A stretch of DNA of 64,000 nucleotides from Phoronis australis (lineage: Eukaryota > Animalia > Phoronida): contig NMRA01000023.1 in NCBI GenBank assembly GCA_002633005.1, positions 1,279,081 through 1,343,080 on the forward strand, given 5' to 3'. The translations under genes and the position numbers were made by a program. This document shows positions 42,709 through 54,990 of the stretch, one piece after another. Within the stretch, counting starts at the first letter, position 1. Every line of letters starts with the position of its first letter. The notes under the pieces are model-generated. The model was given only the letters and a program-made list of their open reading frames with translations. It had not been told where the DNA came from and did not search any database.

Positions 42709-43013
42709 TTTATACCACAGTATCAGCCTCGAATGGCGAATACAGCGGTGTAGACGACTCGAAACTTGCGGACCGGGTTCGAAACCGGCCTCGGTTCCCG
42801 CCAAAATGTTATCTCGCTAGTGAGATGGGTCAACGGTTATTACACGGTTGTATTGGCCATTCGAGGCTAATATTGTGGTATAAATAGATTATTACATGTT
42901 CTCAGTCGTTATCTCCCTCATCTAGAGCCCTCCTGGACTCTTGGAGAATTCTCCAAAATCCACTCGAGCTCTAGAATACGGAAGATAACGACTTCCCATG
43001 TAATAATCTATAT
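42709..43013 (-). mobile_element. Hairpin-ended element H, short copy 1 (opposite orientation to copy 2)
   Basis: TTTATACCACA...TGTGGTATAAA inverted repeat of about 44 bp enclosing a B-box-like GGTTCGAAACC, followed by a hairpin tagattattacatg...catgtaataatcta homologous to copy 2. Confidence 0.7.
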
Positions 43014-43050
43014 AATACGCTATAGGCGATCGTAGACGCAGCTAGTATAT

Positions 43051-43847
43051 ATAGATTATTACATGGCGAAGTCGTTATCCCCCGTTATCTAGAGCCCGAG
43101 TGGATTTTGGTGAATTATCGCCCGAGGGGCGTTAGCCCCGAGGGTGATAATTCTCCAAAATCCACGAGGGCTCTAGATAACGGGGGATAACGGCTGAGAA
43201 CATGTAATAATCTATTTATACCACATACTAAACGAGAAACATTGCAATGAATCGATTTACCTTTTCTGACTCTCCACGGCTTTGTAACTACTTTCTATGT
43301 CAGAGGCCCGGGGTCGGAGGTCGTGACCTTTTAAGAAAAGCCCGGCTATTTTTGTCAAATAATGCTTTTACTCAACACCAATTGAAAACTTAAATATTAT
43401 AGAAATAAATTGAATTTATAAATTAAGGTTTACCAACTATTATAGCTTAAAACACGTTTTTTTCACGCTAAGCTTCGACCGGGAAATTAGCGTCTGCTAA
43501 AGTAGGTTAGCACTGGTAACTGAATATGATTCTCAAGTCAAAGATCCTGACGACACGATACCCGCATTCAAAGTAGAGATCGGTGATTTACAAGTAAGAG
43601 GACATGGGAGAGAAATTTCACCGAATTAAGATATCATTTTTATGGAAATTATGTGTCTTATTTTTCGTAGCGTATAAGTACAGTACACTGCGGTGGTGTA
43701 GTGGTAAAGTCGGCGACCAGCAATATTAGGGTCCCGGGTTCGACCCCGTCCTCGGTTTCCCGCCAAATCGTTATCTCACTAGTGAGATAACTTTATGGGT
43801 TATTACACGGTTGTATCTGCCATTTGACGCTAATATTGTGGTATAAA
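43051..43847 (+). mobile_element. Hairpin-ended element H, copy 2 (165-nt terminal hairpin, inverted TTTATACCACA/TGTGGTATAAA motifs, internal tRNA-like segment)
   Basis: Hairpin at 43051-43215 with GTTA loop at 43131-43134; TTTATACCACA at 43215-43225; TGTGGTATAAA at 43837-43847; palindrome TTATCTCACTAGTGAGATAA at 43771-43790. Confidence 0.75.
43687..43756 (+). other. tRNA-derived (SINE-head-like) segment with Pol III A and B boxes; not a functional tRNA
   Basis: TGGTGTAGTGG (A box) and GGTTCGACCCC (B box); T stem ccggg/ccccg partly paired; anticodon arm degenerate. Confidence 0.6.
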
Positions 43848-44047
43848 CCACCTTATACACTGTAGACGCATGTAGACGCAGTATACCACCTTATTCACTA
43901 TAGACGCTTGCAGACGCAGTATACCACCTTATTCACTATACGCATGTAGACGCAGTATACCACCTTATTCACTATAGACGCATATAGACGCAGTATACCA
44001 CCTTATACACTATAGACGCACGTAGACGCAGTATAGGCCTACCACCA
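43848..44047. repeat. Minisatellite, 38-bp unit CCACCTTATWCACTATAGACGCATGTAGACGCAGTATA, about 5 copies (remnants also at 42676-42709 and 43015-43050)
   Basis: Tandem units read directly. Confidence 0.85.
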
Positions 44048-44117
44048 AACTTTTTCCCCGGGGGTGACTCGTATTGACAAGGTGTGCAAAAATTGCTGCT
44101 AGTCTCCCTATTGCGGG

Positions 44118-44275
44118 TGCCAGGTCTGCTAATTCCCACCTCCTTTTGTAGGGTAGAGTTTTTGCCTTTTGGGAACAGAATGGAAATTTAGAGGCCTATT
44201 GGACCCCTAGCGGGTCCCGCAAAACTTGCTGAAAACGTACCACCTACCCGCAACTTTCCACCTTGACGCCAGCTC
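44118..44275 (+). repeat. Dispersed repeat family C, copy 2
   Basis: Matches 7648-7830. Confidence 0.7.
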
Positions 44276-44614
44276 CTGGCTGTGGCTGGAACATTTCCCA
44301 TTTGACCTGTGGCTACTCTTTAACAGCATCTCACGCTATGAAACCACGCAAGCGACCTCTGATTCCGCTGAAGGCAACCCTGGTTAAGGAAAAAAGCTAA
44401 ATTTATTGTGGTATGCTCCTGTCCCCGGTTCATTTTGAAACCTATGCCTGGTGCCTACTTAACTAGGGATAAACTGCCAGCCCGCCCGCTCGTTCGCATC
44501 TGTCTTTCATTTTAGCAAAAAATTTTATCTCTTCTTCAAAAGCCTCGTCAACACTCCCAGCCTACTTTCTAAACGAAGTGGTTTGTTAACTCGGCCTCAA
44601 TCGGTCATAATAAC

Positions 44615-44745
44615 CTTGATTGGTTAAAAATAGGTTATATCCAATGCATCAAATGAATCAGCACCGGTCAGCGTCATAACAGCCAATCACGTGAATCAGT
44701 AACAAGGTGGTATAATGATCGAGCTAAGGAAAAGCACGTGTAACT
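44615..44745. promoter_or_regulatory. Candidate promoter cluster (three CCAAT/ATTGG boxes and two CACGTG E-boxes)
   Basis: gattggtt, tccaatg, AGCCAATCACGTGA and AGCACGTGT within 130 bp; motif evidence only. Confidence 0.3.
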
Positions 44746-47566
44746 TTAGCTGAATAAAAAGGGTGAATTTTTACTTTTGAAAAAATGATCAAGTCAAAAT
44801 GTTGCATTATTTTTCCGGAACATTTGCACACTCAGAGCCCGGGTTATTTTACCTAATCCTAGTTTGCACTTAAAGACCCTAGCATTAGGGCTAAAAATTC
44901 CTGTCGGAACTCGAAATTTGGTGGATTCACTCGCGATTTGAGCTCGAATCTGGGGTCATCAGGTACAAACTTGGACTAGAATCTTATTTCCATCGACCAT
45001 AATGTACTTGAGCACATAATGATCGACACTTATGTTGTTCTTGCAAAACGTGGAACGTAAAATGACAAAAAGAGATAATTACAGTTTTCCTCGAGTAAAA
45101 AGACTAGACCCCTGCCCAGAGCCAACGAACAACTAAAATGATACCCCTAACTCGGTCCCCAGTATTCGTGACGTATTCGGGACGAAGCCATCATGCCAGC
45201 CCCCGCAAAATACGAATTGCGCACAAAAAAAAAAAAACAGCTCACGGACTCACACCAAATAATACGGCCCTGTAGATGAACAGTCTGTGGACCATGTTTA
45301 CTCGTGCCAAAGCCGTACTTGCTGTCAGGTACCCAGGTTTGTTAGTAGGCCGAGCCCGGGAAGCCGTGCGTAAGACGTGTTTTGTAAGTATGAGGACGAA
45401 TTCACGAGTCAGTGAACTGAGTTTGACAGCGCGTTAGCCGTGTACTCAAGTCAGGAACTAGTGCTTCAGTTGAACCGTGTTGTTCGACTTGCTTCATTGA
45501 ACAGTTCAGAGGACGTTGCAAAGACAAATCCTAATCGCGACATTGATCAGTGAGTGAACACAGCTTTCATACCAGCGAATGATCACCACTAGCTCTGATA
45601 TTTTTGTTATGTTAATTGATGTATGGATTACCCAGTGAAAAAACGACGTGCTTTCCCTGTTAAACAAGCGAGTCACAACTAGTAAGTAAATATACCCAGC
45701 ATGTCGTGTTTTTGTGTTGAACTGTACACTTTTAATACGCAAATTATGATTTTTGTTGCTTGAGAGTCGTTTCAACATTTCTTTGGCCTAAATAACTTGC
45801 CTCAGGTCCCGCCGTTAAACTACCGACAATAGTAAAACTCCCACGGTCTCACACCAGCGGCGATATTGACGTTTTCCACCAATGCGCAGGAGGGCAGTGT
45901 CTACGCTCGAGTGATCATTGCACCAGTAGTACTTGGGGTATACGGAACGATCGAGGCTGTCAGTGTTGGAAAAAGGTAAGTCAATGAATTAGATTAACCG
46001 TTAATTAGTTTAAAATGCGTTAATTAGAAATAATTTAATCACACTTCCCCCATGTTGACTGCCTTCGTTTATATGAGGGCCACATCTTAGTGAAATATCG
46101 ATTTGAACGGAAAATCATCCAATCTCGAAGGAGGAAGTGCTTTTACTTCCATTTTTGCTTTTATTCATCGTTTTAATTTGCGAATCAGCTAGCTACGAAT
46201 TGCAACGATCGGGAATACAAAAGTCAGATGAATGTGACGATTTGGAAATATGACGAAGTACGGTTGGCAAAACTTGTCAATTAGGCGCTTGGGGTGTCCT
46301 GCAAAAATTCAGTGAGCAACGAAATACTATCAATTCTCATGTGGTTCAAGCAGAAGGGATGAAGTAGAACGCCTTGATGTATAAATTATTTCACGGATTT
46401 TTGTAGGGTGTTTTACTTATAAAGCCCCGTGCCTTAAGCGCCATCTCTGAAACTCATTCAGTTGACTTCGTAATGTTTTGGGTGGATGTTTTTGTTTATT
46501 TAACCAAAAGTTAGTGCTCTACTACTCGATACTATAAGGCTTGGACTGAATGGAGTTCATTTCTTGCTTCAAATGGACAATTCATTACCCGGCAAACTCG
46601 AATGTATTACAGTTTGAAGTTCCACGATTCCGGATTGACCCTAATAATTAGCGCTGCGTGGGACTTCAGGGCAATAAATAGCGTACGAAAGCTTTTAACC
46701 TGTTTGGCGAGGCTAAACAGTTGTGGATGGTAAAAACGCCAGGAATAAACTTGTTGCCCGTTCTAGTTTTATAATTAGCCTACAATTATTTTGCCGTTCA
46801 TCATGTTTCTTTGACGTTCGTGTGCACCCCGGGTTAAAAGGAACTTAACTGTCGTTTTCGTCTTGTAACAGACATTTTTTAAACTTCTCTTAGATAACTT
46901 ACGTCTTTGAAACAAAAGACGGTTCTGTAACCTTTGTCAGCGCTCAAATGTTTGGAACAAGTTAAAAATTTGTAATCGTGACTAACACTTTTAGATGAAT
47001 ACTTGACACCTTTGGGGGCACCATGCTCCTCCTCGAACCTCACGATCCAAATAGTGCCGAGGGAAATGTATTAGCTAGATAAGGATTTTATCCTTCAAGG
47101 GAGTTGCATGACAAGACCAGGTGTGAGGTGAGATCAACTCCACAAAACCGTGTTTAACATCTTTTTAGGAAAACGTAAGTGGTATTTAATGTGCCTAGCT
47201 GGTCCATATAATGAGACTTACAGTACATTTAGTTTTGGTGTTCAGAAACTTAAACCCAGCTAAGAGTAGACTTGATGGCCAAGCGAGGTTAGTATTTCGC
47301 ATGTCACACATTCGAAATAGGACATTTCGTCAAACTCTGCAAATTATATACGTACATGTTTACGAAGCGGTGTTAGAAATCATCATTTCAGTCATAAAAA
47401 TCAATTTCTTCGGAACATTCATCAGTACGTAAAGCAATATGCGAAACTTCAGAATAGCAAGAATCGCCTAGAGCACATATAAACGATTTTTCAATGGGAC
47501 TCGTATCTGTTGAAAGCACATGTCCTGTTATACATTTTTTCGTAAAAGACCTTGCCAAAATTTACA

Positions 47567-47760
47567 TAAGATTCTACTGTGATCTGGCCCGGAGGGTCTA
47601 AGATTCTACTGCGATCTGGCCCGGGGGGTCTACTGTGATCTGGCCGGGGAATCTAAGATTCTACTGCGATCTGGTTCGGGGGGGAGGGGGGGCTGAGATT
47701 ACTGTGATCTGGGCCCGGCGGGGGTCTGAGACTCTAATATTATCTGGGCCCGCGGGGCTA
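47567..47760. repeat. Minisatellite, about 31-bp unit TAAGATTCTACTGYGATCTGGCCCGGGGGGTC, about 6 copies
   Basis: Tandem degenerate units. Confidence 0.75.
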
Positions 47761-47869
47761 ACTTTTGTACTCGAACTCGAACTCCTTTTTTACATTTTAC
47801 GTCTTGGTGTAACACTACAAGATATATGTATGTAATTCTATGTTCGAGTATTTTTGCCAACATAATGCG

Positions 47870-48100
47870 TGCTGAGGCCCTTGTTCAAAACATCATGCAT
47901 TCTTAAAATTGAGGATTTATACATGGCTGTTGTTATCAAATTCTTTTATAATTACGTTAACAACACTTGTGCTACCAAAATATTTCTATACTTTCAATTT
48001 TGGTCCCCGTTTCAGCATTCACCGCCAGCATTACACCATACCAGGCAANGGGCAATTGAAGACGATTTTTTTACGAACCGATTGCACAAAATATAAAACG
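47870..48100 (+). mobile_element. L2/Crack-group LINE ORF2 C-terminal fragment
   Basis: PLFKTSCILKIEDLY...FFYNYVNN / LPKYF motif. Confidence 0.55.
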
Positions 48101-48169
48101 TGTAATAAGCATTACAAAAAGAAGTAGGTTTCGCTCGCAAACGCTGTGGACCATAAACAAGTAGGTCTC

Positions 48170-48474
48170 TTAGTATCAAATTAGGAGTTAAATCGTGGTG
48201 ATGTACTGGTAAAGCACGCGCTATATCTCTAGGTCGTGAGTTCGAGTCTGTGGTACTTGTAGTTTTCCGTGTTTTTTTTTTTGCCTTTTTTCCTTGGATA
48301 ATACTTCAGGAATCAAGGAGAATGCTTGATTTTAGAGGAAAAAACATAATAATTTCCTGGGCGGGAGGGGGGAAACCTACCCCCATTCGGTGCTATACGC
48401 ATCTACAATTGTGCTTTGCGCAAATGCTTACAGACAAAATGTTGCCCCCCTTGTGATATCCTAGATCCGCCACT
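48170..48474 (-). mobile_element. hAT-MITE-like end carrying a tRNA-derived segment (family T, copy 1)
   Basis: Ends ...ccttgtgatatcctagatccgccact; tRNA-like gtggtgatgtactggtaaag...gagttcgagtc at about 48194-48254; reverse complement of 63424-63735. Confidence 0.65.
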
Positions 48475-51400
48475 ACTGTTGTTGTTTAGTTTCTTCCGCC
48501 AGAGTTCCTGCCGCGATGGGCAGCCCTGTCCTGGCTCCCTGGCGCTCCCTCATTTTACTTCATTGGTTAGGAACTCAACACAAGAGCACATTTTTGCAAT
48601 AAAACTCTACAAAAAGACTGTAATTAGTAATACAATAAGCTTAAATGATAACAGACATGAAGTGTTTATAGAATTCCGTGACAAGCTTTTTGTTGGCGTT
48701 AAAACGCAAAGGTGTGAGTTCACAGGAAAATACCTTTTAATTATACAACGCTCTAAGGAAGCGAACAGCCATTGGAATGACTGGCTAACAGGAAAGATAT
48801 TCGAACTCTCCAGTGGTACTCTAGGTCAAAAATAGTGGGACAACCCGGGGGGATTGTTTGGCGCTACTCTATTAATGCTGCCTTTTTCTGAGTTGTGAAT
48901 AGCCGCTCTGTGTCTGACAAATTTTGGAATGTTTTGTATCCGTTCTTTTTCAAATTTTGTTTTGTTAGGCATATAGTGTCTGTGAATAAGTATTAATTTT
49001 ACAGTATTCGTCTCGCATCCTACCACAGTCTTCAGGTACGGCGTCGCATTCCCGTAAAAATATTCTGCCAAGGTAAAACGCTCCTCGCCCGCCGTGCTAA
49101 AGTACTTGAGTAAGATGTACCGTAACCATTCGTTTTGCTGGATGGGTCTTCAGCCCAGCGCCAGTTCTTTTATTGATTTACTTTCAACCGAGTGGTTACT
49201 TTTTGCTAATATTACTCTCTTTGCATGTTTTCATTTGTAAATATCTCCGTTCGTTAAATGTATGAGTGCCAAGTTAAGTACTATAAAACTGGAGTCCCGT
49301 GCTCCTGGAGATTGGTCTTCATAGTAACAGATACTCAGACGTAACAGCGAAGGGAATTTACGGTAAACAGGTCCACGCGTAAATAGGCCGTTGCCGTCAC
49401 GAAATTAAAGATTTCTATAAATTTGTGAATTGGTCAAGCAGAAGTGTAATATTCCGTTGAAGTAGCTTGTGTAAAGCGGTAGTGTTGAGTCCATCATTAG
49501 TATCGAGTCTACAGTTTCGATAACATCTGCTATGGGAATCATAACAGGTTTCTTTTAAAAATGCCGTTACAACGTTTCCAGGGGCTATTTAAACGAGATT
49601 GTCATCCTGTTCAGATAAAATAGGTATTCTCTGAGTAATATTACATTAGTTTGACGTTATGCTTTAGGTTGCAATGAGTCACGTAACTCGACCTGCCTTC
49701 CATCTCAACCAACAGCTTGCAGCCTACTCAATGGAAAAATATAACACTCTGTGTACTGTATCAGCTTCCGGAAGTAACATTAATCGAATGTTATCGTGAA
49801 AAGCGTTGTCTTTTCATTTCTATTTACATGGTATACCCCAACATGTTGCAATTATATATATTATGTGAATTTTAAAGAGACAGATTGCCTAGGACTTTCA
49901 TAATGCGTTTATGAATATAAGTTAGTTTTTATTGTTAGATGTTTTAATTAAAATTACTAATTAGCTGTGTTTGAATGAGCTTAAGCAGACGTCGTTTTCG
50001 ATTTTTCGGGCATACCGTGGTATTTGACTAAAAGGCAAAATTCATTTTAAATTCTATTTTAGTTTCGAATTCAACGAAACATTTTGTAATTGTAAATTTG
50101 CGGCATAATAAACCAGAAGATTGAGAGAATAAAACGGAAAATGATCTGAAACTGAACACGGGCAGAAGATGCCATCTCACTAACTGATTCCCGTGTCATG
50201 CACTTTAAGGTTCATTGAGAGAGCGAATCTGTTTAACGTCACAGCCGGCAAGTCCAAGCTTCATGAATTCAATCTATTTGAGACTCCGCGAGGGAAGAAA
50301 TATAAAAAATTCTGTATGTTTTAGTACTAAATGACCACTAAGTCCTGTTTTGGTGATTTCACCCGAAACTGGTTCCGTGACCACCAATACTGAACTAATA
50401 GCACTCCTGGAAGATAAAAGTATAATTCAGCTAAATCAGTTCATTCTGGTTCTGTAAATGGATCCACGTGGATGTGTTATCCTAACGGCAGTTGATTAGC
50501 TCGCCTAAGGCGTTTGCCACGCTAGTGGATTTCACACACTTTATCAGGAATTTTCAAACAAATACTACAGACCATTGTTAAAGCGTAATAATTATCTATT
50601 GTAATTCAAATTTGCATCTTTCACGCAACTTAAAAGATATGCTATGATAAAAAATGATTTCATCCTCAAGCTCATAACGAGGCCGGCATTGAAAGGGCGA
50701 AAAAAGTCATTGTACACGTACGCAATTTAGAAGTGCTCAGAGTACAAGCCGCTTGCTTGGCAAGAGCTGTAGCTCGTGCGCTCTGACGCTAACCCTATCT
50801 CAGGCATTACGTAGCAGGGTAGTTTAGGGGCACTTAAGTCGGGTAAAGAAACTTGCCTTGATTTGAGTGAATGTCTGGCAGACAACGGTGAGAAATGGAT
50901 ATTTATAATCAAATCACAAAAAAATAACGGGAATTGTTGTTTTATAACTCAGGTCAAAGCTTATACTTTCGTTATGTCTATTCCATTCATCAACAATCTG
51001 CAGAAAAACGTTTTTCGGTAGTCCCTGTAAAATGGAGTGTCAAAATGCCATGGATGTTGATAACTTTGGCCAGGCCTTCCACAAGATGACCACCTTTATT
51101 ATTTACTGCAGATGATCTCTCGATATGTTGATGCCAGTTAGAAACCAACTGTTTTCATGTTAAGGATATTTTAGACTGGTTTGTCAGACTTAATCATCTT
51201 GTTTCTTGATTTTCGTGCTAAGGCCGAAAGTGGGAGGAAATGACAGATCGTAAAATCTGTGTCCATCATCTTTAAGTCATGATTTACTTAACACGCGGCT
51301 GATAACGTGGATACAGGAATTTTGCAAGCATTAGCTTTCTGACGGTTTCTTGTAACAAACACAAGCAACTTTGTCAATCTAATTTGTACTTCTCACGTGA

Positions 51401-53849
51401 CAGATATTAACTTTATAATGGTCGTCAAACTCTTCCCAATATATACTTATTCAGTGCGGGCGGATATAAATCAACACTAAACGTGCACATGGACTTGTGA
51501 TTTTCGATTGAATGCGAATGAAACATAAAGAAATCGCATGAAATTCTATAAACTTTTAACTAACGAATCTCTAAATCTCTCTCAGTTAAGGGTTGACCCA
51601 AATATCAATGCGTTAGCTGAGCTCCGTAGATCATAAGGCTGCACCGAATGTCAATGTGTTGGCTGATCTCCGTTAATCATAAGCCTGCACCGAATGCTCC
51701 ATAAATCACTAAGCCTGCACTTGCGCCGAAAAAATCTTTCTTTGTCTATAACGGAAACACTGAGTCTAATCCCACAATTCAACACTCAATCTTGCCGTTT
51801 CACTAGGATATACCAGTTAGTTCCCGAGTATACTTACAAAACACTAGCCTTTATCACTCGAGTGGTTTTGCGAGATCTTGCGAGTTCTTTCTTTTTTCGC
51901 AGGAAATGCAGTCTTAGAAACGCTCTCCACTCAGGTTAGAGTTTAGTAACGCTATAGACCTCCTAGAAAAGCAAGACTTTACGAGATTACGCGAGATATT
52001 GTCGTGTATTTCAAACAGAGACCGTAGAGAGGTTTCAAATTAGAGCACGTAATTTAGGCTACATTTTTCTCTCCGCTAGACAGCTACTGGACTCTACCTC
52101 GGATTACGTAGTCATGCAGTGGAGCCGCGGGACTCGCGATGCTGAGTGAACATCAAGCAGCATCTTTATTTGATCTTTACTTAATAATGTCGCAAAAAAG
52201 TAAAAGAGTTTGCGATCGAAAAAAGTGAACTGCATGTGGTTTGGAGAACCCTCGCAACTATAATGCGGTGGGTAGAGCCACACAGCGTAAAACTGTCAGG
52301 TACATCTATGCTTGACTAACAGGGTTGACGTCAAAGCCAGTGCTCAATCAATTAAAAGAAGTAAATAAATCAAACAAAAACACCACCGGCGTGTTACCAA
52401 AAATGGATACTCTTGGCCAGGGGACCGACAAGGGCGCACTTGTGGAATTGCGGGTAGGACCCGAGGCCAGACGCTCACACGTCTATTATTTAGACATGCA
52501 CACACTACCTTGGCTACGGAAATTCTTTGACTGTCTCATTGATTTGGACTCGACCGCAGTATATTGAACGAATTTGATGACAAAGTTCTTTGATTTGGCA
52601 TTGCGATTTTTGTGGAACACGTGCGACCAGAACAGAGAACGATTCCTTCAAAATCCAGGTACGCTTAGTAAGATCTGTGAAGGTTGGACAATCCAAATAT
52701 CTTTGAAAACCGTTGCTCGACGAAACGTCGTGTGAAGCCATCTAATGTGGGCAACTGTTTTCTGACTGGTTCAAATAGCATTCGGGCTGAACTCTAATAC
52801 AAATCATGGTCGTCAATGTCACTTTAAACTAAGAAAAAGATTCTGGCAAGCAAATAGTGCTAGTAATAGGAATAGTAATTATTTGTACATGTCTTAGAGT
52901 GATATCAGTAGACAGCCGCAGGAAATAGCTAATGCGTGTTCTATAAACGCTACTTCACGTGTCGGTGTGTTACTGATACACTATATCTTAACTGATTCTA
53001 ATGCTACGCCATTTCGGGATTATGTTTGAATAATTGCATCTACTTTCAATGAACAGAAATCAGTTATTTGTACAAAAACGATGGGAGTCATTGAAATCAT
53101 TAGAACAAAGACTCGGTTTTGTTATCCAGTAAACTTCATTGATTTTGCCAATACGACTGTCGGTAAAAATGTGTTTTTGTTGAAACCTAATAGACCAGAT
53201 CACCTTTTATAAAGTAATGGAACTACGTGAAAAAAATCTTTATTGACCTCATAAACATTCTTTTGAAAGATTCTCATGTAAATAAAATAATGGATTTTCT
53301 CCAACACTACTGAGGTCTGTATCATATCTGTATAAGTCATCATATGTACATCTCGCATTGCGGATGTGCCTTATATCTTACCGTGTAGAAATTTTACAAA
53401 ACGCACGTTAGTTGCTGTTAAGGTGGGTGTTGTGGCAGATATTGACGTCACAATTCAGGAATATGTAACAGAAATGCAACGGAAATATTGAAATGACATG
53501 CTGAATATTGGACTATCATTTAGGTTTCATATTTTAAAGTTTATTGCGAAAACCACAAGATTCTGTAATTAGAGTTAAGCACAGAAAGCGCTAGAAGCCA
53601 ACATATCTGGGTTTAACAGATGTGTTGTTGTTCTACGATTTTTCTCGATCCGCGAGGGCTCCGGAACTTTTGCGATATTTTGGTAGCTACTCCAGGTGCT
53701 TCCGAAGGTTCTGTGTTCAAGGAATGAGAATTTGTTGGTCGGCACATGTTTCAAGACTCAGTAGTTTCCAAAGGAACAAAAGCCACTCAGAAAAATTGAA
53801 TGAAAATTTGAGTTTAAATAGCAACCCCTTGCTACTATAACTGACAAAA

Positions 53850-54365
53850 ACTCACATTGACGTGTATTAAGATGTCTATGGGCTCACGCATAGACATTAT
53901 GAATATTGAGATGTCTATGGGCTCACGCATAGACATTATGAATATTGAGATGTCTATGGGGTCACCCATAGACAACGTGAGTATTGAGATGTCTATGGGG
54001 TCACGCATAGACAACATGCATTGGAGTATTGAGATGTCTATGGGGTCACGCGTAGACAACGTGAGTATTGAGATGTCTAAGGGCTCACGGATAGACAACA
54101 TGGGTATTGAGATGTCTTTGGGCTCACGCATAGAGAACGTGAGTATTGAGACGTCTATGGGCTCATGCATAGACAACATGCATTGGAGTATTGAGATGTC
54201 TATGGGGTCACGCGTAGACAACGTGAGTATTGAGATGTCTAAGGGCTCACGGATAGACAACATGGGTATCGAGATGTCTTTGGGCTCACGCATAGAGAAC
54301 GTGAGTATTGAGACGTCTATCACGCATAGACAACGTGAGTATTGAGATGTCTACGGGATCACGCT
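53850..54365. repeat. Minisatellite, 39-bp hairpin-containing unit, about 13 copies with a 162-bp higher-order duplication
   Basis: GAGTATTGAGATGTCTATGGGSTCACGCATAGACAACGT; it explains the periodic ORFs on both strands. Confidence 0.9.
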
Positions 54366-54769
54366 TATTTTTTACGAAAACTAATAATCTTCTTGTAATC
54401 GTGAATCTGTCACAGTTCTGGTGTTCTCAAAGGCGAAGGCTACAAACTACTTATAAGTTTTGCTTGACTTCATTTTGCTCGCTCTCAATAAACCCGCGCC
54501 TACTGCAAAAATTAACTTTTGTTTAAACTATAGGCAAGAGGTTCACGGGGTCTGGAGCTCCCCTCCTTCTAGGAATGCGAGTAGTAAAAACACCAGCAGC
54601 ATGTCAATGAGCTGTAGGGCTTACACGGACATTTCCTTCAAATAACTCTGGTTTCTCCTTCCCCTCAATTACGTCTGGATCCACTAATGTAAACCACATA
54701 CTTTCAAATGAATTCTTATTCTGGTCGTCTATAGAAGTGACTTGTGGACTTGGGAAGAACTTAGGATGC

Positions 54770-54990
54770 GCATCGCATCAGTGAAATGGACACCCGTCAC
54801 CCGTGCCAAGCCGCATGCGCAGAGCATCAATGAAATGGTCTCCTGTCACCTATGCCAAGCCAAATTACTTAGCATGCGCACAGAATCAGTAAATGGCCAC
54901 CCGTCACCTATACCAAGCCAAGTTACTTAACATACGCAAAGCATCATTAAAATGGCCGCCCGTCACCTATGCTAAGCCAAGTTACTTACA
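54770..54990. repeat. Degenerate tandem repeat of about 60 bp, 3-4 copies
   Basis: Recurrent ccgtcacctatgccaagccaagttactta. Confidence 0.7.

Noticed and set aside
43687-43756. Functional tRNA gene (also 48194-48254 and 63637-63702)
   Set aside because: Acceptor and anticodon stems pair poorly and the segments are embedded in repeats; treated as tRNA-derived.
53835-54345. 162-aa ORFs on both strands
   Set aside because: They are translations of a 39-bp minisatellite, with no domain or splice context.
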